Shown one piece after another: positions 42,107 through 49,403 of a stretch of 64,000 bases of DNA; positions within the stretch are counted from its first letter, which is position 1; every line of letters begins with the position of its first letter. The translations under genes and the position numbers were made by a program. The notes beneath the pieces are model-generated. The model did not search any database. It was not told the DNA's origin and saw only the letters and a list, made by a program, of their open reading frames with translations. The stretch comes from a virus (taxonomy: Duplodnaviria; Caudoviricetes), in the IMG/VR virus record IMGVR_UViG_3300017963_000032, positions 1-64,000 of that record. One strand, given 5' to 3'.

Positions 42107-42395
42107 TGATGCATTCAGGAAAGACCGCAACATGGTGAAGATAGGCAAAGGAAATACTAAAGCTCATGAGAGAACCAAGTTTGATATTTGTTGGGGGTTA
42201 CTTCAGGAAGACAGAAACTTCGTAACAGAAGCAAGATTCAAGAGCGGAGGAAGAGCAGACGTTTTTGATATAACTACTGGGGTGGTTTACGAAGTTATCT
42301 GCTCTGAAACAAAGAAACAATGCGAGGAGAAAGTAAAGAAGTATCCTTGCGAACTAGAAATAATTATCGTGGAGGCGATTAAGGATGGGACATAA
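42054..42395 (+). CDS. PD-(D/E)xK nuclease-like protein
   Basis: TEARF...RADVFD...VYEV. Confidence 0.55.
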   Translation: MSKLKRQMKENQMMRMLDDAFRKDRNMVKIGKGNTKAHERTKFDICWGLLQEDRNFVTEARFKSGGRADVFDITTGVVYEVICSETKKQCEEKVKKYPCELEIIIVEAIKDGT

Positions 42396-42612
42396 TATAG
42401 ATTTACAATGGTTGCTTGGATTACCAGCATACATTAGGTGTCCAAAGTGCAAGGAGAAAACAAGAAGCTGGTTTGATGATTATGACATTGACTGCGGAGA
42501 ACCTCAATCTAAAGATGGAGTCATGACATTGGATGTACAATGTGACCATTGTGAGGAAGAGATACAGTTCAAAGTAGAAATAAAACAAAAGGAGAGTGAT
42601 TCAGATGAGTAA
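42385..42612 (+). CDS. Zn-finger protein
   Basis: CPKC...CDHC. Confidence 0.55.
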   Translation: MGHNIDLQWLLGLPAYIRCPKCKEKTRSWFDDYDIDCGEPQSKDGVMTLDVQCDHCEEEIQFKVEIKQKESDSDE

Positions 42613-43366
42613 GTTAGTATTCGCAGACATTGACTTTTTTAAGAAAGCAATGAAATCAATAAGTGTTTTGTTATTGGAAGCAACAATAGAGCTTGACCAA
42701 GAAGGTATGAGAATCAAAAGCATGGACCCTGCAAACGTGGCCATGGTTGATTTCTACATCAGGGCTGATACTTTTCCAGAGTATGATGTGAAAGAAGAGG
42801 GAGAAAAGCACACATTCAAGGTTGAGACTTTGCTAGCATTCTTGAAAAGAGCTAATGCAAAAGACATAGTGACTCTAGAGTTTGATGAGAAGATGCACGT
42901 AAAGATTAAGAGCGAGAACAATAAAGAGTTCGGAACTACATTGATTGGTATTGAACCAGACAAAACTCCAGACACTGTCAAGTTAGATTTTGATTTTGAA
43001 ACAACAATGCCTACAGAACAATTCAATTCAGTATGCAATGATATTGCAACCATGGGTGACAGTGTGGTGCTTGTTGGAGATAAGGAAAGGATTGTCATGA
43101 GGGCAGAATCTGACAAGATGGTTGATAGCTTTGGAGAGATTAAATTGTCAGCTGATAACAAGGTAAAGATGAAGGAAGGAGTTGAAGCTGCAAAGGTCAA
43201 GCTGAGTTCGGAGTATATCAACAAGATTGTAGACTCAATCAAGAAGATAACAGAGAATGTTAAGATTCAGTTTGGAAATGATTATCCAATACTATTGACG
43301 TATTCAATGGCAGATAGAGCTTCTATAAGCTTCTTGGTTGCTCCAAGGGTGGACAATGAGGGATGA
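42605..43366 (+). CDS. pcn: PCNA sliding clamp
   Basis: SMDPANVAMVD; FLVAPRV C-terminus; about 253 aa. Confidence 0.92.
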   Translation: MSKLVFADIDFFKKAMKSISVLLLEATIELDQEGMRIKSMDPANVAMVDFYIRADTFPEYDVKEEGEKHTFKVETLLAFLKRANAKDIVTLEFDEKMHVKIKSENNKEFGTTLIGIEPDKTPDTVKLDFDFETTMPTEQFNSVCNDIATMGDSVVLVGDKERIVMRAESDKMVDSFGEIKLSADNKVKMKEGVEAAKVKLSSEYINKIVDSIKKITENVKIQFGNDYPILLTYSMADRASISFLVAPRVDNEG

Positions 43367-43547
43367 AGAAGAGTTAAAGAAAGAGGAAGATACTCAAGTA
43401 CGTTGTAGACGATGTAATAGGGTCTTATGGGGCAAGAAATCAGTTGAGGAAGGAATTGGCAAGGGCTGTAAAAGAAGGGAGTTCTGGGCCAAGCATAAGC
43501 CTCTGACGCACTTCTACAACAAAAACGAGAAATCTGAGGGCAATTAA
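43356..43547 (+). CDS. Small Zn-finger protein (DUF6011-like)
   Basis: CRRCNRVL...S...GIG..C. Confidence 0.6.
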   Translation: MRDEEELKKEEDTQVRCRRCNRVLWGKKSVEEGIGKGCKRREFWAKHKPLTHFYNKNEKSEGN

Positions 43548-43603
43548 GTGGGACTTCTTTTTTAAAGGATTCTCGCCTCCAGCCCTTGGACTCGTCTTTT
43601 TAT

Positions 43604-43654
43604 TCTTACAAAAACGAAAGATTTATATAGTAGTTATACTTACCTATACGTAAG
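43604..43654 (+). promoter_or_regulatory. BRE-TATA promoter with CTTAC-N6-GTAAG palindrome
   Basis: CTTACAAAAACGAAAGATTTATATA, then CTTACCTATACGTAAG (43639-43654). Confidence 0.7.
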
Positions 43655-43678
43655 ACGTTAAACGGAGGCGAAACCAAT

Positions 43679-44401
43679 ATGAAAGTACCAAAATTCCCAA
43701 GCATAAAAGGTGTTGAATTGTACCTAGTAGGCGGATGCGTGAGAGATTCCCTAATGGGTCAGACTCCAAAAGATTTGGACTATGTTATGATAACAGACAA
43801 GTCTTTCGAAGAAGTCGTAAAGCAAATATCAGAGACACCTAACTGCAAAGTATTCCAAGCTAAGGCAGAGTTCTTAACAATCAGATGCAAGATACAAGAC
43901 CAGATAGTAGACTTAGTCATGCCAAGAACTGAAGAAGGATACTCAGACCATAGAAGGCCAGACGAAGTTAAAGGAACAGATTCTCTATTTGAAGATTCCA
44001 AGAGAAGAGACTTCACTATAAATTCAATGTACATGGACAAAGAAGGAACCATACTTGATTATCATAAAGGAGTGGTTGACCTGAAGAATAAAGTCATCAA
44101 GTGCGTAGGCAACCCAAGGGAAAGATTCCAAGAAGATTACCTAAGAATACTCAGAGCTGTCAGGTTCTCTTGCAGGTTTGGATTCAAAATAGATAAGAGC
44201 ACACAAAATCATATGATTAAATTATCAGAGAGATTAACTGATGTTGAACAGAACAGAGTCAGGGAAGAACTAAACAAATCATTGAAGGCAAATCCTAAGT
44301 GGACTATGAAATACATCGAAGCATTGAACTTATATAAAACATTATCAGAATTAGGATTACATTTTGAGCTTAGCTCTAAGGGGGGAGAAAATGATAAGTA
44401 A
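43679..44401 (+). CDS. cca: Class II tRNA nucleotidyltransferase (CCA/poly(A) polymerase family)
   Basis: VGGCVRD...KDLD; RRDFTIN; EDYLRILRAVRF. Confidence 0.9.
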   Translation: MKVPKFPSIKGVELYLVGGCVRDSLMGQTPKDLDYVMITDKSFEEVVKQISETPNCKVFQAKAEFLTIRCKIQDQIVDLVMPRTEEGYSDHRRPDEVKGTDSLFEDSKRRDFTINSMYMDKEGTILDYHKGVVDLKNKVIKCVGNPRERFQEDYLRILRAVRFSCRFGFKIDKSTQNHMIKLSERLTDVEQNRVREELNKSLKANPKWTMKYIEALNLYKTLSELGLHFELSSKGGENDK

Positions 44402-44825
44402 AGCTATGATGTTTGCATTCGAGAAACATAGAGGACAACTATGTGACGAAGGAAAACCATACATACTGCACCCATTCAAGGTTGCAGATATAGTAAGGCT
44501 AGTCACAGATGATAAAGAAATTATTGCAGCTGCATACCTGCATGATACAATAGAAGATACAGCAACAACTTACGACGAATTAGTTGAAGAGTTCAGCAAG
44601 AGAGTTGCAGACTTAGTGATGGAAGTATCACATGAAGGACAGAAGGATGAAGTAGGATATTATTTTCCTAGATTGAAAACACAAGGAGGAATCATGCTCA
44701 AGTTCGCAGATAGATTATCCAACCTCTCAAGGATGAGCGCTTGGGATGATGGAAGAAAAGAACATTATTTAAGAAGGTCAAGATTTTGGAAAAGGAAACC
44801 CGGGGACAGGTGGGAGAAAAAATGA
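44391..44825 (+). CDS. HD-domain hydrolase (SpoT/MESH1-like)
   Basis: KHRGQ...PYILHP...LHDTIEDT...KFADRLSNL. Confidence 0.88.
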   Translation: MISKAMMFAFEKHRGQLCDEGKPYILHPFKVADIVRLVTDDKEIIAAAYLHDTIEDTATTYDELVEEFSKRVADLVMEVSHEGQKDEVGYYFPRLKTQGGIMLKFADRLSNLSRMSAWDDGRKEHYLRRSRFWKRKPGDRWEKK

Positions 44826-45013
44826 AGTTTGCAGAAATGATTTATTGGAATCAGCATAGCTATGGAAAAGCGTTCAGGATAAAGAGAAGCATAATCATTA
44901 CTTGTGGCATTGCGCTCTGCCTCCTTACGTTTGGTACTAACTGGCTGATTCCTTTTCTGCATAAGATAATCAAATCAGATATTGTAATAAGATACGGAGG
45001 CGAGATACTATGA
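44822..45013 (+). CDS. Small membrane protein
   Basis: Hydrophobic helix; coupled ORF. Confidence 0.45.
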   Translation: MKFAEMIYWNQHSYGKAFRIKRSIIITCGIALCLLTFGTNWLIPFLHKIIKSDIVIRYGGEIL

Positions 45014-45228
45014 GTGAACCACAAAAACATAACAAAGAATTCATCGACGAGACAAGGAAAGCTCTTGAAGAAAACTTGAAGGGAATGTGCAACAAGAAGG
45101 CAACAGTGAGAAAACTTATTGACTTAGACAAAAGAAGCAGAGTCATAATCACTAAGGAAGTCAAGGCACTTAGAACAAAACATAAAGAGATTGAGAAGGA
45201 AGTACTAGGTTCAATATTTAAAGATTAA
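45010..45228 (+). CDS. Hypothetical protein
   Basis: GGAGGCG RBS. Confidence 0.55.
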   Translation: MSEPQKHNKEFIDETRKALEENLKGMCNKKATVRKLIDLDKRSRVIITKEVKALRTKHKEIEKEVLGSIFKD

Positions 45229-45248
45229 ACCGAAAGCTTTATATTTAT
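45226..45248 (+). promoter_or_regulatory. BRE-TATA promoter for Y RNA-Ro60 locus
   Basis: AACCGAAAGCTTTATATTT about 25 nt upstream of first repeat. Confidence 0.65.
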
Positions 45249-45269
45249 GTTGTCATTTTCATGTTGTTC

Positions 45270-45357
45270 GGGTGGCGTAGAATAGGGTTACTTCGCTTGA
45301 AACGAAACCAAAATAGGCTGTAAGAGCCTATTGTCTATACCCTGTTTGATTGTACCC
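45270..45357 (+). ncRNA. Y RNA-like ncRNA 1
   Basis: GGTGGCGTAG-N5-GGTTACTTCG motif; 5'/3' pairing AATAGGGT/ACCCTGTT and GGGT/ACCC; upstream of Ro60. Confidence 0.65.
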
Positions 45358-45374
45358 CCACAACTCATGTTCAT

Positions 45375-45499
45375 GGTGGCGTAGTCGAGAGTTACTTCGA
45401 CTCGTAATCGAGAGGTCGCAGGTTCGAATCCTGTCATGTGCTTCGGCACGTGTAGCTCAGTTTGGTAGAGCGCTAACGTACTCTCGACGACTGTTCCCC
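45375..45499 (+). ncRNA. Y RNA-like ncRNA 2 (YrlA-type tRNA mimic)
   Basis: GTCGAGAGT(T)AC/GTACTCTCGAC stem enclosing anticodon arm, T arm GCAGG-TTCGAAT-CCTGT, tetraloop-closed acceptor stem and D arm. Confidence 0.85.
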
Positions 45500-45538
45500 T
45501 TCATAATCATAAGCACTAAGGTACCAGATTGACAGTAT

Positions 45539-45600
45539 GCGGTGACGTAAACAAGGGATACTTCGTTCCTAAGAAAAGACCCTCGTTGCTTGTTTCCCGC
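45539..45600 (+). ncRNA. Y RNA-like ncRNA 3 (minimal)
   Basis: GGTGACGTAA-N4-GGGATACTTCG variant; GCGG/CCGC closing stem. Confidence 0.55.
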
Positions 45601-45619
45601 ATTCATTATCATAGTCATT

Positions 45620-45733
45620 GGGTGGCGTAGTAAAGAGTTACTTCGGTAAAAAACAAACTTCAAAATTTGTTCAACTGGTTCAAATCCAGAATCCCTTCGG
45701 GGTTTCAAAACGTACTCTTTACGTCCGTTCCCC
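45620..45733 (+). ncRNA. Y RNA-like ncRNA 4 (T arm and closed acceptor stem, no D arm)
   Basis: GTAAAGAGT(T)AC/GTACTCTTTAC stem; CTGG-TTCAAAT-CCAG; AATCCC-TTCG-GGGTTT. Confidence 0.7.
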
Positions 45734-45771
45734 CGGACAATTTAATAAATAAGAACATGAGGTGTTTGAAC

Positions 45772-47319
45772 ATGAGTAAATACAACAAGCCTACTAGAGG
45801 CAAAGATAAGACTGTAAACCACGAAGGAGATGTGGCTTACAAATTGGATAGCAAAACAGAACTGTATTCTACAGTCTGCACATCAATGTTGCAGAACAAG
45901 TTCTACGAGAAAGAAGATGAAACTCTGAATAGAATCAGAACTCTCATCAAGACTACAGACCCAGAGTTTGTGGCTAAGCTAGCAGTGTATGCAAGAGAGA
46001 AGATGTACCTTAGAAGTATACCTTTAGTCCTTGCAGTTGAGCTGGCAAAGGTCCACAACGAGGACAGCATTCTTGGAAGAACTGTTAGCAGAATAGTCCA
46101 AAGGGCTGACGAGATAACAGAGATTCTAGCTTACTACAAAGAAGCTAACAAGGATAACTGGGAGACTGAAAAGAATTCTGGAAAGACAAAGCATCTTGGA
46201 AGATTATCAAAGCAGATAGCTAAAGGTCTGAACTTTTCTTTTAACAAGTTCGACGAGTACCAGTTTGCTAAGTACAACAGAAAGGGCCAAGTTACTTTGA
46301 AGGATGCACTATTCCTAGTTCACCCAAAGGCAAAGAATAAAGAGCAGCAAAAACTGTTTGATAAGATTGTCAATGGAGAACTAAAGACACCTGAAACTTG
46401 GGAAGTTAAGATGAGTGAAGGTGGAAAGGAAGGAGCTGACAAGAAAGAAGTCTGGGAGAAAATGATTAGCTCAGGCAAGATGGGTTACATGGCAATGCTG
46501 AGAAACCTAAGAAACTTCTTGGAAGCTGACGTGAGCCAGAAGCACATGGCTGATGTAGCGCAGACTCTTGCAGACCCTGAGAAAGTTAGAAAGAGCAAGC
46601 AGTTACCATTCAGATTCTTGAGCGCTTACAAAGAGCTGAAAGGAAACAAGAGCTCTAAGGCTACAATGATTTTGAACGCTCTGGAAGAAGGAGTGATTAC
46701 AAGCATTGAGAACTTGAAGGGCTATGATTATAACACAACTGTTTGCGTAGCTTGTGATGTTTCAGGAAGTATGCAGCATTCAATCAGTGACAGAAGCAAG
46801 GTCGAACTTTACGACATTGGATTGCTACTTGGTATGCTATTGCAGTCAAGATGCAAGAGTGTAATCACTGGTATATTCGGAGACACTTGGAAGATTAAAG
46901 CACTTCCTCAAAAGAGCGTCTTGCAGAATGTGATGGACTTGCATAACATCGAAGGAGAAGTTGGTTACTCAACTAACGGGTACAAAGTAATCCAAGACTT
47001 AATCACTAGAAAGGAGAAAGTGGATAAGATTATGATATTCACTGACTGTCAGATGTGGAACAGTTACTCTGGAAGTAGAGGAAGCTTTGCTACTTGTTGG
47101 TCTGAATACAAGAAGATTCATCCAGAAGCAAAACTCTACTTGTTTGATTTGTCAGGTTACGGAAACACTCCTGTATCTGTTAAAGGAGATGGAGTTTACT
47201 TGATTGCAGGATGGAGCGAGAAAGTCTTTGATATGCTAGCTGCAATAGATAAGGGCAGTAATGCAGTGAAGGAGATTGAAAGCATCGACTTGTTCAAGAA
47301 ACCAAGCAAGAAGAAATAG
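45772..47319 (+). CDS. rsr: Ro60/Rsr RNA-binding protein (TROVE + vWA)
   Basis: NHEG..AY; DEYQFAKY; PETWE; YMAMLRNLRN; QLPFRFLSAY; MIDAS DVSGSM; FTDCQ. Start moved to ATG 45772 (GAGGTG RBS) because upstream codons overlap ncRNA 4. Confidence 0.95.
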   Translation: MSKYNKPTRGKDKTVNHEGDVAYKLDSKTELYSTVCTSMLQNKFYEKEDETLNRIRTLIKTTDPEFVAKLAVYAREKMYLRSIPLVLAVELAKVHNEDSILGRTVSRIVQRADEITEILAYYKEANKDNWETEKNSGKTKHLGRLSKQIAKGLNFSFNKFDEYQFAKYNRKGQVTLKDALFLVHPKAKNKEQQKLFDKIVNGELKTPETWEVKMSEGGKEGADKKEVWEKMISSGKMGYMAMLRNLRNFLEADVSQKHMADVAQTLADPEKVRKSKQLPFRFLSAYKELKGNKSSKATMILNALEEGVITSIENLKGYDYNTTVCVACDVSGSMQHSISDRSKVELYDIGLLLGMLLQSRCKSVITGIFGDTWKIKALPQKSVLQNVMDLHNIEGEVGYSTNGYKVIQDLITRKEKVDKIMIFTDCQMWNSYSGSRGSFATCWSEYKKIHPEAKLYLFDLSGYGNTPVSVKGDGVYLIAGWSEKVFDMLAAIDKGSNAVKEIESIDLFKKPSKKK

Positions 47320-47520
47320 AAAGCTTTAAATATTTCTTTATTATTCTTTTTTTGTTTTATTTGAAACTAGGTGATTAAAGCAATATGTTATACAACACGA
47401 CAACCGGAATGTGTACATCAGACTTACTTAATAGTCTGGCGTCTCATTGATTCGGGCCTGTCGTTGTTAAACTTTTTCTGCGCTTTGTTGTTTGATGACG
47501 ACAAGGCAAAGCTATATCAT

Positions 47521-47605
47521 ACCGAGGTCGGATAGCGGTCAATTCCAAAGGGCTCATGACCCTTCGCTCATCAGAGCTGCGCAGGTTCAATTCCTGCTCT
47601 CGGTA
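47521..47605 (+). tRNA. tRNA-Met(CAT), initiator-like, long variable arm
   Basis: ACCGAGG/TCTCGGT (A1:U72); AAGGG-CTCATGA-CCCTT; variable stem GCTC/GAGC. Confidence 0.85.
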
Positions 47606-47613
47606 TCTTTTAT

Positions 47614-47685
47614 GCCTTCAGAGTGCGTGAGGTAGCACACCTGACTGTTAATCAGGAAGTCCAAGTTCGACTCTTGGTGAGGGCG
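47614..47685 (+). tRNA. tRNA-Asn(GTT)
   Basis: Cloverleaf; CCTGA-CTGTTAA-TCAGG. Confidence 0.9.
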
Positions 47686-47690
47686 TTCAT

Positions 47691-47828
47691 AGGCGGGTGC
47701 CAGAGCCCGGTTGAATGGGCTGGACTTAGGAGCCAAATGGCTTGGTCAAAGGGCCACACTCAAAACCGATAGCTTAGAAATCCAGTGCGGTAGCGCTAAA
47801 CACGTGGGTTCGAATCCCACCCCGCCTA
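47691..47828 (+). tRNA. tRNA-Leu(TAG) with 49-nt intron (47731-47779)
   Basis: CTGGA/TCCAG stem, long variable arm, relaxed BHB at 37/38. Confidence 0.85.
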
Positions 47829-47834
47829 TCAAAT

Positions 47835-47964
47835 GCCGAGGTTGAGCAGCTGGTAGCTCGCTGGTCTGCTGATTAACTCAGCCCAGAGTGGAGTTCCGGG
47901 TTGTTAGCCCAGAGTTGAAAACCAGTTCCCTTGCGGTCTGCGGGTTCGAGTCCCGTCCTCGGCG
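47835..47964 (+). tRNA. tRNA-Ser(GCT) with 48-nt intron (47872-47919)
   Basis: GCCGAGG/CCTCGGC, G73, CTGGT/ACCAG stem, 14-nt variable region. Confidence 0.75.
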
Positions 47965-47968
47965 TTAC

Positions 47969-48041
47969 GGGCAGGTAGCTCTAATGGTAGAGCGGTTGGC
48001 TTGCATCCAACAGGCTTCGGGTTCGAATCCCGACTTGTCCA
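47969..48041 (+). tRNA. tRNA-Ala(TGC)
   Basis: G3:U70 present. Confidence 0.95.
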
Positions 48042-48094
48042 TAAGCTCTCCAGCAAGGATACTGTCAAGTGAGAGTTAAAAAGTCCTTGCGTAT

Positions 48095-48167
48095 GCTGGC
48101 GTGGCCTAATTGGTATGGCAGTTGCCTTGTAAGCAGCCGAATGGGGGTTCGAGTCCCTCCGCCAGCT
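48095..48167 (+). tRNA. tRNA-Thr(TGT)
   Basis: Cloverleaf; U73. Confidence 0.92.
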
Positions 48168-48170
48168 TTC

Positions 48171-48243
48171 GGCACTATGGACAAGCTGGTAAGTCGTCAG
48201 GTTGCAACCCTGAAGAACGAGGGTTCAAGCCCCTCTAGTGCCT
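48171..48243 (+). tRNA. tRNA-Cys(GCA)
   Basis: Cloverleaf; U73. Confidence 0.92.
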
Positions 48244-48268
48244 TAATTCTACCATTTATAAACAAATC

Positions 48269-48319
48269 TCTTACAAAAACGAAAGATTTATATATAAGCT
48301 ATGCTTACTAATATGTAAG
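48269..48319 (+). promoter_or_regulatory. BRE-TATA promoter with CTTAC-N6-GTAAG palindrome
   Basis: Same CTTACAAAAACGAAAGATTTATATA as at 43605; CTTACTAATATGTAAG (48304-48319). Confidence 0.7.
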
Positions 48320-48334
48320 ATGGAGGCGAGCAAT

Positions 48335-48487
48335 ATGAATGACGAACCATGGGCAAAAGGATATGTCAGCCCAACAGTATGCGCTGACGGAGAAGACTCT
48401 CATGAATGGGAGAATACAGTTATGGTAGAAAATGGCTGTATAGAAATACCAGTAAGGCACTGCAAGAAGTGCGGATTTTATATGTAA
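48335..48487 (+). CDS. Small Cys/His protein (50 aa)
   Basis: GGAGGCG RBS; C..HEW...CKKC. Confidence 0.5.
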   Translation: MNDEPWAKGYVSPTVCADGEDSHEWENTVMVENGCIEIPVRHCKKCGFYM

Positions 48488-48504
48488 AAATGGAGGCGAG
48501 AAAT

Positions 48505-49065
48505 ATGAGAAAAACATTATATAAGGAGACGAAAACAACTGGCTGCGAGATGGAAGACGGCAGCGACACAAGAAAGACTGAATCAACTTTGATTTTGGTC
48601 AATGAATCGGAAGAGGAATCCTACCAAGACCACGTGGCTGATGAAGCAGGAAGTCAAGACTACAGTTACCAGTTCAATAACAAAGCAATCATAACTCTTG
48701 AAGATGGAGATTGGGATAAGGTTGCAGACCTTCTTGAAGCTGAAGGCAAGATAGCCAAAGCAGAGAGTGAAGAGTATAATGGATGGACTAACAGAGAGAC
48801 ATGGGCAGTAAAGCTGCACTGGGACAACAACCAAGGAGATTACGAGTCTCTGATTGATAGAACAAGACAGATGAAAAAACAAGGTAAGTCACCTTATAAC
48901 TTAGCATCAGAATTAAAAGAGTATGCTGAAGAAGCATTCAACATGATGTTTGAAGGCCAGAAACTTCCAGAGCAAACAGCACACTTCATCAATGATGTGG
49001 GCAGCCTTTGGAGAGTTAATTGGAAATAGATTGCTGAAGCTTACTGGTCAGAGGTGGAACTATGA
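48505..49065 (+). CDS. Viral protein with YNGWTNRETW motif; in-frame TAG at 49027
   Basis: GGAGGCG RBS; frame continues IAEAYWSEVEL to a TGA overlapping the next ATG. Confidence 0.55.
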
Positions 49066-49403
49066 AAAAGAAAGAGCGGAAGGTTTACGAGGACGAGGCA
49101 AACAACAAGATATTTTTTGACATCAGGAAGTACATGAAGAACTTAACCAACAGCGTGATAGACCAAGATGCAGAAGCTTCATACTATATCCAAAGAGAGA
49201 TAAGCATCCATAGGCTTTGGGATTATCATGAAGGAGAGGTTCTAGAAATCTTGAAGAAAAATCCAGAAGTCACAGAGATATTCAAGGTTGAGAAGATAAA
49301 AGATAGGGGCCATCTCACAACTTATGTGCAGTTCAGAGGAGAAGCGGAAGTCAGCACTGGATATGACAGGATATTCATCAAGAAGATGGAAGTGGTAAAA
49401 TGA
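49062..49403 (+). CDS. Hypothetical protein
   Basis: Coupled ORF. Confidence 0.55.
   Translation: MKKKERKVYEDEANNKIFFDIRKYMKNLTNSVIDQDAEASYYIQREISIHRLWDYHEGEVLEILKKNPEVTEIFKVEKIKDRGHLTTYVQFRGEAEVSTGYDRIFIKKMEVVK

Noticed and set aside
45270-45733. CRISPR or mini-CRISPR interpretation of the four repeats (Cas4 present at 40766)
   Set aside because: Units vary in length and sequence, have complementary 3' strands and tRNA arms, and adjoin Ro60; no constant repeat-spacer periodicity
45350-45771. ORFs 45350-45532, 45457-45708 and the 35-aa N-terminal extension of Ro60
   Set aside because: Overlap the structured RNAs; a good RBS marks ATG 45772
47888-48311. ORFs over tRNA cluster 1, and similar ORFs at 54037-54413 and 55568-55756
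   Set aside because: Spurious translations of tRNA genes
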